Source: Hormiphora californensis (lineage: Eukaryota; Animalia; Ctenophora). From it: a stretch of DNA of 64,000 nucleotides. The position numbers were made by a program, and so were the translations under genes. The DNA lies in contig CM035359.1 of assembly GCA_020137815.1 (NCBI GenBank), positions 5,022,001-5,086,000 on the forward strand, given 5' to 3'. The notes beneath the pieces are model-generated. The model was given only the letters and a program-made list of their open reading frames with translations, searched no databases and had not been told where the DNA came from. Below are positions 56,056 to 64,000 of this stretch, piece after piece. How positions within the stretch are numbered: the first letter of the stretch is position 1; the number at the start of each line of letters is the position of its first letter.

Positions 56056-58335
56056 TACTGGAAGCAACTATGTAAAAGCTTATTACTAAAAAAATTTTGA
56101 GGACACCAACACATACATAACATATTGCTCTTTACATCATAGTCACGGGCCATTTAAATGATGAAACCTTTGCTCTGATAGGATATCCTTTTAAGTTGAA
56201 TATTCCCAGAGATAAACGATCACGTTCTATGCTTGATAATTGAGAACCACATAACGGACATGTGGTTAAACTCGCACATCAGTACTTGATAAATGTTTCT
56301 CAAGCAACAAAAAAATTGTTTTATCCTCCTCGAGCTCGAAGAGGATAAAACAACTTGGTACCATTTGTTGAATAATTGTATAAGACAGGAGAAACAAAAG
56401 ATCTTTGTGCTGGTAAAGAAGTGAAAAAACATTGCGAAACATTCTCAGAATTAAACTTCTCTCACACTTGACATCTCTGTGCACACGCAACCACTTTTGA
56501 GCTACTTATAGAAGCAACTAAAAGCTTATTACTAAAAAAATTGAGGACACCAACACATACATAACATATTGCTCTCTACATCATAGTCACGGGCCACTTA
56601 AATGATGAAACCTTTGCTCTGATGGGATATCTTTTTAAGTTGAATATTCCCAGAGATAAACGATCACGATCACGTTCACGTTCTTGAGAACCAGGAAACG
56701 ACCGAACCGGGTTTTTTTTCCACCGAACCGAACCGAACCGAATTTGAAAAAATTTTTTACCGAACCGAACCGAACCGAACCGAACCGAATTTCGGTAACC
56801 GAACCGAACCGAACCATACAAAACTTTTTCTGTATAAATGTTTCTCTAAAAAGTCATGGAGAGCACCGATCAAGGTATTGAGAATCATTCTCTGAAATTT
56901 TGTTAAAAAATGTTTGAAAAAATTTCAAAGTCAATTTTGTGAAAAAATTTTCAAAGTCAATTTTATCGTAAATTTTCTATGTCAATTTTTGCGTACGAAT
57001 CGTGTTTCGAATCGGCAATGCTATACGGGAATGGTATTGCTAATTAGCAGGATTAAACGAACCATGAATCGTGTCTCTCTAAATTTCCTAATTAGATTTG
57101 ATGGGGGATCAGTGATCACGTATCCGCACAATCCATCTCGGACCCACTAATTACCAACATCACTCCCGTTTAGCATTGTCGATTAGAAACACGATCCCCC
57201 ATCAAATCTAATTAGGAAGTTTAGCGGAAATGATTCATGTTTCAATAAATCCAGCTAATTAGCAACATCACTCCCGCTTAGCAATACCGATTCGAAACAC
57301 GATTCGTACGCAAAAATTGACATAGAAAATTTTCCATAAAATTGACTTTGAAATATTTTCCAAACTTTTTTACAAAATTTCAGAGAATGATTCTTAACAC
57401 CTTGATCGGTGCTATCCATGAATTTTTTGAAAAAAAAAGTTTCTGAATTTGTTGACCCTCTCATGAGGACACGATTCGTCGGGAAGTCAGGTATCAAATC
57501 AATCCATATCGAACCCGCTAACTAGCGAAATCATTTCTACATAGCACCACCGATTCGAAATAGTGTTAATACGGCGAAATTGACATTGAAATCCATACAA
57601 TTTTCGTGAAATAATTGAAAAATTTTGCATGAAAAAGCCCGGTTTCTGGGCATTTTTTGACCAAAAAATTCGGTGGTTCGGCCAAAATTTCCTACCGAAC
57701 CGAACCGAACCGAACCGCCCAAAAAACACCGAATTTCCGAACCGAACCGAACCGAACCGAATATTCGGTCGCTTCCTGTTGAGAACCATTTATAAAGGGC
57801 ATGTGGTTAAACTCGAAGAGAGATCAGATGTAGCCGAGAGATCTGTTAGGACTTGGTCAGCAGCTGCACAATTATGGTACTCAATTATTTTATACCCACA
57901 TTTCTATAATATATGTGGGGTAATAACAACTGCATTTTGTAAGGAGCATGGCCATAAACCGGTGAAAATAACATTTATATAGCAGCTGGAATGATGATCA
58001 TTAGCGAGAGTAATACCGGGAGTAGTTAGCTAGGAGATGCAGAGAGGAACTACATTACATTATATAGGGAGGAATATAGGGAGGAATTATATTGAAAATA
58101 TCATATACAGAAACTAGCCGCGGTTGCTATGTTATACCGGGCCCTCACTGAGCGCCCCTCAAAGTGATCAGTAAATATTCGCATATGCACAACTTGGTAC
58201 CATTTGTTGAATAAGTTTTAGACAGGAGAAACGGAAGATCTTTGTGCTGGTAAGAAAGTGAAAAAACATTGCGAAACAAACAATATCAGCATAAAACTTT
58301 TCTCACACTTGATATCTCTGTGTGCACGCAACCAC
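56056..58335. repeat. Local tandem duplication of a ~450-bp unit (56056-~56495), second copy interrupted by the hAT element
   Basis: GAAGCAACTA..AAAGCTTATTACTAAAAAAA..GAGGACACCAACACATAC at 56061 and 56511; later part ACAACTTGGTACCATTTGTTGAATAA at 56350 and 58189. Confidence 0.8.
56692..57778. mobile_element. 1.09-kb non-autonomous hAT-type element with (CCGAA)n subterminal arrays and an internal inverted repeat
   Basis: TIR CAGGAAACGACCGAA...TTCGGTCGCTTCCTG, 8-bp TSD TTGAGAAC (56684-56691, 57779-57786); same TIR family as 33718-33829. Confidence 0.92.
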
Positions 58336-58974
58336 AAGGGGTTATATAGTGTATGCAGGTACAGTTCCGTTACACACGTACAGTGCGGTCAAGCTAGCTA
58401 TATACTTATATAGTCAGATTTTAAATGAGTGTCGTTTTAAGTTAACAAGAATTATTGCATTATGTATTCATAATGCGGTGTTTCCCTGCCACAAATGGAT
58501 TTAAAATTGATGAATACGCTTCAAAACTGGATTTCCTGATGAATTTTGTGCTCAAAGAGCATGTTTTGGCTGATGCGATGTTGGTTACTAAGGTAACTAG
58601 GTAAGTTGCTATGGTAACCCAAGCAGTTGCTATCAAAACCAAATCAGTTACTATGGTAACCAGGACAGTTGCTATGGCAACCAAGGCAGTTGCTTAGGAG
58701 ACCCCAGTTGGTTACCAAGTGCTTCAACTTAAACCGCATCTCAACTCGAGTCTAGTGGGGCACTAGTGTGACAGTAGTTCCATGCTTGGAAGACGTTCTA
58801 TCAGTATCACTTCATAGCATGGCTGTAGGGCGCCCAAAGTGATTTCAGGTGATAGTGGGAAGTGCTATCAGCGAGTAATTGCGCGCCACAATGTGTGTTA
58901 ATCATTTCCTTTGTTGAATCAACGAAGCGTGAGATGAAAGTTTTATGAAGGAGCAGACTTGTTGTTAGGCGTTG

Positions 58975-59117
58975 TCCGTGACGGACGGACGGACGGACAT
59001 TTAGTTAACCCCCACGATCTGCTGATTTCTAAACCCTGAATGATCTTTTTAGCACGTGCGTGCTAAAAAGATCATTCCGGGTGATTGCCTTCGGCAATCA
59101 CCCGGGCAGGGAAAAAA
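58975..59117 (-). mobile_element. Terminus of a DINE-1/HINE-like (Helentron-derived) non-autonomous element; a second copy of the terminus is at ~26058-26150 on +
   Basis: T-run, CCCTGCCCGGGTG hairpin, second hairpin TGATCTTTTTAGCAC..GTGCTAAAAAGATCA, then a (GTCC)n microsatellite. Confidence 0.55.
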
Positions 59118-59197
59118 TGGCCATAACTCCGATTCCTGATAAGATTTCGAACCTCTTAATTTCAAGTCTCTGTCTCATCAGGAACCGGAGATTGTTC

Positions 59198-62100
59198 TTA
59201 ATTAGCTGTGATGACTGGTCCAACATCGTTGAACTTGAACATCATTTTGCAGAAATCCAAAGCACCACTGAAGATCTCAATGTTGTAGAGCAGTGGGTTT
59301 ATAACGGCATTTATGGGCAGAATTGTAAGGGAGAAAACCTGGTACCATGGCGACATATCGACCACCTCGGCCGTGTGGAGGGCACAAGAAATCAGAAAGG
59401 GCATCCAGCAGCAGAAATCTGTGACGCAAACCAGCATAATTTTCCGGTTAAGTCTCGAGGCGAGGTTGCTTCCCTGTGCTAAGTTGTTCTGGGTTACCAG
59501 CACCCCAATGACAGTATGGCAAACTGCCACGGTTAGGAAACAAACCAAATGTAGGGATATGTTAAGCCACACGAACGTCACCTGTGGGTCATCGGGAAGG
59601 ACAAAGAACTTGAACAGACAAACCGGATCATTTCCATAGAATGACAGCTTCCTGTGCTGTACTCCTCCGTTATCTGTAGTAAACATGCTTCTCACAATAC
59701 TCCTGATCCTCGCCCAGGAGAGGCCAGTCTCGGATCTGGTGATCATCCTGGTGCCATGGTATCCCTGGATAATCGCCAGGAGCTTCTCTTTTGTCATCAC
59801 TCCCAGGAAGAGCTGAGTGGCATCTTCATAAGTAAGCCCGTTTACAAAACCGTCCTCAAAGCTCGAAATAATTGGGGTAACCGCACAACTTACTGCTATA
59901 CAAATTATAGCGATCACCATAACAAAAACCTTTTTCTTAAACTGCTTGCTGATATCCTTGGACCTCCGGTAATGTAGGCCACGGGTAGTTCCCTGAAGCT
60001 TGAATAGACTGACTACAGCCATGGAGAGAGACGTGATGGTGGTGCCTGTTGTACTGATAACCCCAATGAGCTCACAAGGCCAGCTGCTAACCCAAGCTAG
60101 CTGCTTCTCGCAGAAAGTATCTTCTTGGGCCCAGTGGAGTGTGACGAGGATGAGAAGATACAAAGATGTGAGTAGGTCCCCCAGTGCAATGAGCGTGGAT
60201 ATAACTTTGTTCACAAATATACTGTCCTTCTTTGCTGGCTCTCCCCAGTAGAGACTTTTAATAATCTGAAGGCCACTCAACACTGACCCGAATATACCCA
60301 TCGCCATTGCACAAACCATGATACCGGTTTTTTCAATCGACTTCCGATGACAGACACTGTTGCATTCGTCAGAAAAATCAGGGCAGTCTATAATCCCATC
60401 ACACATTTGACTACGTGCTATGTAAATACTGTTTTCTTGGCATTTAACGCTACTTTCGCAGTTCTCTTCATCTGACCCGTCCCCACAGTCGTCCACCAAA
60501 TCACAAACCTTGGAAAATGGTATACAAAGGTTAGTGTTACATGCAAAGAAATTATTGTGATAGCCGTGCCTGTCTTTTTCCACAACGGTGACCCCATGCT
60601 TGGCAATGGAATACCGAATATTCTTTATATTTCCACAAGACGAGTGCATGATTGGTTTATCCAAGGGACACATTTTGTTACCACACTGCCCACTACAACT
60701 TCGATATACGTACTGCTCCCCATAGAAGTAGCGACAATCCTGCTGAACCTTTGAGAGGACAAGTTGAGTCGTCAAGGTTTTCCCAAAAAATTCGTAAAAT
60801 GGATGTATGAAAGACTGTGTGGTACACCCGTCACCCGTCAGTTCCCTTAGGGTTTCCAATCCTTTTTGGCACCATCCACTCCGTACGATCCGAGTGTCAC
60901 CTTCAACGGTTTCAGTCAAGGCTGATTGAGTCACGGTTGGTTTTAAGATCTCGCAAACTTTTCTTCCGCACGTCGCTGCAGTTGCACAAATATCTTCCAG
61001 CTCGAGGTATTCAAATGGCTCCTCCGGTCGACAAAAGAAGACGTCCCTACATTGCCCAGTTCTCCTGACCCTTTTTGTTGATCCTGTTCCACATCTCTCC
61101 CAGCTGAAGTCCTCGTCTTCTCCTCCTACACAATCAACAATTCCATCGTGGACCCAGTTATAGGGAATTGGTAGTAAATTTTTAACCTGAGTCATCCTCC
61201 GTTTACAGCTCCTTTTAGTGAGCCTACTGCAGGCACCGAGTGTCTCATCTGCGCCTGAGTTACAGTCACTGTGACCATCACAGAGTCGATGTTTGTGAAC
61301 GCGACAATGCCGATCAGTTGTAAAACATTTCCCATCTAGTTTGTCATCACACAAGATTGGCATGTCTCTCTCACATAGAATGTGTGTTGAAATGGTTGTC
61401 GTGAAGCTATCGACCTGGCATTGCCCCGCTACAAACCCCAAGTAGGAACAGTTGGTCTGATCATGTCCATTTAAACAGTAGGGAGAAAAGTCTACCCCAC
61501 TTGTAGCATCATGCCTCCTCAGATAGAAACACCGAGTTAAGTTGCTCAACGGATAATCGTAAAGTTTGGTGTCATAGCTAGTACAAACGCTTTCGAACGT
61601 TACGTTCGCGAGCTGGGGAAATTGGCTGGTACCTCCAAATAAGGCTAGAGATTGTGGATAGATCCCAAGATTAGGGATAACCACTCCATACGACAACCCA
61701 TTACAATCCAACTCATCGACACAATTCCAACAACTCTCCCAGTAATCACACTTCCCATCACATACCAATCGAGGTGGTATAGGGAAACTGTCCTGTGGAG
61801 ATCTAGGGTTGGTGTACTCTTGTATCTGATCTTCGTCTTCTGGACAATGCTGAAGCTCTTCAAACTGGTAGGCTTGTTCTTCAGCATTCCAGCACAATCG
61901 ACCACACACGGGCTGTGAATCGAACAACTGACTTTTCACTTTAATGTTGTAATTGCTGAAGAGATGCCTACTGGCCATGCAAGCCTGGTAAACAGCAGTG
62001 TCATTCGGACATAGTCGTGTTACCAGGTTGTTCCTTGTTCGCCGAAAGGAGAAGAATTTCGTGTAGGCATCAAATGTGATGTTCGAAGCGGGACACTGGA

Positions 62101-62245
62101 GTGTAAAGACACGCGAGTAAAAGTTTATACGCGAGCTTTGTTGCGAGCAATCGTTAGCAAGAAATGGACCAATTTCAGTTATTCTACAGTCGCTGCTGTT
62201 TGTTATACGGTGAAATGTAATCAGCACTGCTAGCAGCAACCACAT
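59198..62245 (-). CDS. LDLa-repeat class-A GPCR (GRL101/RXFP-like, no LRRs), intronless, 1015 aa
   Basis: Signal peptide MWLLLAVLITF, LDLa motifs (CDGHSDCNSGADE, CDLVDDCGDGSDEENC, CDGIIDCPDFSDEC), seven hydrophobic segments, FYGNDPVC, TDFCCWMP, PINAVINPLLY. Confidence 0.93.
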   Translation of the reverse strand: MWLLLAVLITFHRITNSSDCRITEIGPFLANDCSQQSSRINFYSRVFTLQCPASNITFDAYTKFFSFRRTRNNLVTRLCPNDTAVYQACMASRHLFSNYNIKVKSQLFDSQPVCGRLCWNAEEQAYQFEELQHCPEDEDQIQEYTNPRSPQDSFPIPPRLVCDGKCDYWESCWNCVDELDCNGLSYGVVIPNLGIYPQSLALFGGTSQFPQLANVTFESVCTSYDTKLYDYPLSNLTRCFYLRRHDATSGVDFSPYCLNGHDQTNCSYLGFVAGQCQVDSFTTTISTHILCERDMPILCDDKLDGKCFTTDRHCRVHKHRLCDGHSDCNSGADETLGACSRLTKRSCKRRMTQVKNLLPIPYNWVHDGIVDCVGGEDEDFSWERCGTGSTKRVRRTGQCRDVFFCRPEEPFEYLELEDICATAATCGRKVCEILKPTVTQSALTETVEGDTRIVRSGWCQKGLETLRELTGDGCTTQSFIHPFYEFFGKTLTTQLVLSKVQQDCRYFYGEQYVYRSCSGQCGNKMCPLDKPIMHSSCGNIKNIRYSIAKHGVTVVEKDRHGYHNNFFACNTNLCIPFSKVCDLVDDCGDGSDEENCESSVKCQENSIYIARSQMCDGIIDCPDFSDECNSVCHRKSIEKTGIMVCAMAMGIFGSVLSGLQIIKSLYWGEPAKKDSIFVNKVISTLIALGDLLTSLYLLILVTLHWAQEDTFCEKQLAWVSSWPCELIGVISTTGTTITSLSMAVVSLFKLQGTTRGLHYRRSKDISKQFKKKVFVMVIAIICIAVSCAVTPIISSFEDGFVNGLTYEDATQLFLGVMTKEKLLAIIQGYHGTRMITRSETGLSWARIRSIVRSMFTTDNGGVQHRKLSFYGNDPVCLFKFFVLPDDPQVTFVWLNISLHLVCFLTVAVCHTVIGVLVTQNNLAQGSNLASRLNRKIMLVCVTDFCCWMPFLISCALHTAEVVDMSPWYQVFSLTILPINAVINPLLYNIEIFSGALDFCKMMFKFNDVGPVITAN

Positions 62246-62884
62246 GTTTGTCTGAAATGAGAACAGGGGGATTGTGATATAATGTTATCGCGATAATTAT
62301 ACCCGTCAGCTCAACTGTACAACCCAGAGAGAATCTGAATAATAAAAACTCTGACAATCAAACATGAGGCTAATAAACAGTTATCCGATCACCCATCTGT
62401 CCACGAAATAAAAGAGAATAGGGTCAGACAAATGCTCTCAGAAAACAAAAAAAAAAGCTTTCAAAATAAATCTAATCAAATATTCAGGTAAAATGTATTT
62501 TAAAACTCGCGGCCGTGCCCCACAATATATAACTTGTCAGTTATGACACTTTCTCACAAAGGAATCTCGGCCGCTAATATAACCATTGTACAGTTGTGCA
62601 CCAATCGCCCGCATGTATGTATATTTTAATAATTTGTAAAATCTGCACCTTCATTTTGGAAATGGCTTTTTATTCATTTTGGAAATGGAATTTAAGTACT
62701 CTCAAACCACGTGACAAGATTTTAGGGTCACGTGATAACGTTATAGGTTGATACTCTCGCCCAATTCTTGAACATTCTCTCTAGTCTCTGAGAGTCTCTG
62801 TCATTAATCTCCCCCCGGGATTTGCCTTATTCGACCCTCCCTCCCCGCGCCCCAATAAAAAGGGTTTGAACAACACAACCCGGG

Positions 62885-63846
62885 ACCAAACCAAACTCAA
62901 GACACTCTCAAAGGCAAAACGTTACCTTTTACCAGACCAAACCGAACTCAAGACACTCTTAAAGGCAAAACGTTACCTTGTACCAGACCAAACCAAACTC
63001 AAGACACTCTTAAAGGCAAAACGTTACCGTGTACCAGACCAAACCAAACTCAAGACACTCTTAAAGGCAAAACGTTACCTTGTACCATACCAAACCGAAC
63101 TCAAGACACTCTTAAAGGCAAAATGTTACCTTGATCCAGACTAAACCAAACTCAAGACGCTCTTAAAGGCAAAACTTTACCTTGTACCAGACCAAACCAA
63201 ACTAAAGACACACTTAAAGGCAAAACGTTACCTTGTACCAGACCAAACCAAACTAAAGACACTCTTAAAGGCAAAACTTTACCTTGTACCAGACCAAACC
63301 AAACTCAAGACACTCTTAAAGGCAAAACGTTACCGTGTACCAGACCAAACCAAACTCAAGACACTCTTAAAGGCAAAACGTTACCTTGTACCATACCAAA
63401 CCAAACTAAAGACACACTTAAAGGCAAAATGTTACCTTGATCCAGACTAAACCAAACTCAAGACACTCTTAAAGGCAAAACGTTACCTTGTACCAGACCA
63501 AACCAAACTCAAGACACTCTTAAAGGCAAAACGTTACCGTGTACCAGACCAAACCAAACTCAAGACACTCTTAAAGGCAAAACGTTACCTTGTACCATAC
63601 CAAACCGAACTCAAGACACTCTTAAAGGCAAAATGTTACCTTGATCCAGACTAAACCAAACTCAAGACGCTCTTAAAGGCAAAACTTTACCTTGTACCAG
63701 ACCAAACCAAACTAAAGACACTCTCAAAGGCAAAACGTTACCGTGTACCAGACCAAACCAAACTCAAGACACTCTTAAAGGCAAAACATTACCTTGTACC
63801 AGACCAAACCAAACTCAAGACACTCTTAAAGGCAAAACATTACCTT
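62885..63846. repeat. 51-bp tandem repeat (~19 copies)
   Basis: Unit ACCAAACCAAACTCAAGACACTCTTAAAGGCAAAACGTTACCTTGTACCAG. Confidence 0.95.
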
Positions 63847-64000
63847 CACTCACTTCACTTTTTCCCAGACCCATCATTGAATTTTATGTATCATCATGAA
63901 CAGTTTTTATCAATCTAAAAGACCGACCAATACAGACATACCACAAGCGAGGGGCCCTCCAATGTGCACTGCTCTCCCTTTTTCAAGGGAGTTCGTATAC

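Overview
Eukaryotic, intron-rich animal DNA, most likely a ctenophore. This is inferred from the LDLa-7TM and orphan GPCR types, the nested genes and the MITE family, and is not proven. One large minus-strand gene runs through almost the whole window (stop at 1224, most upstream exon found at 50427, probably continuing upstream). It has about 40 short exons that I could join in consistent reading phase. The product is a type I membrane protein: many Ig-like domains, several sushi/CCP-like Cys modules, an FN3-like region, one TM helix and a ~22-aa tail ending FKNPIGGY. The ORF track misses it almost entirely. Its introns hold two LDLa-rich GPCR genes on the opposite strand, a small F5/8/F-type-lectin-like gene, an 11-kb 34-bp satellite with ~1-kb higher-order structure, many MITEs, and a full-length RLE-type (HERO-like) non-LTR retrotransposon bracketed by identical 330-bp direct repeats. 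Upstream of the last host exon found lie two intronless orphan class-A GPCRs and a third LDLa-GPCR. The main oddities are the LTR-like repeats on a non-LTR element, GRL101/RXFP-type receptors with no LRRs, a 3-exon domain cassette inside an Ig domain, tandem repeats that copy splice sites, and a splice acceptor just before the ATG of every receptor gene. The 7.1-11.8 kb region shows signs of indel-type assembly error.
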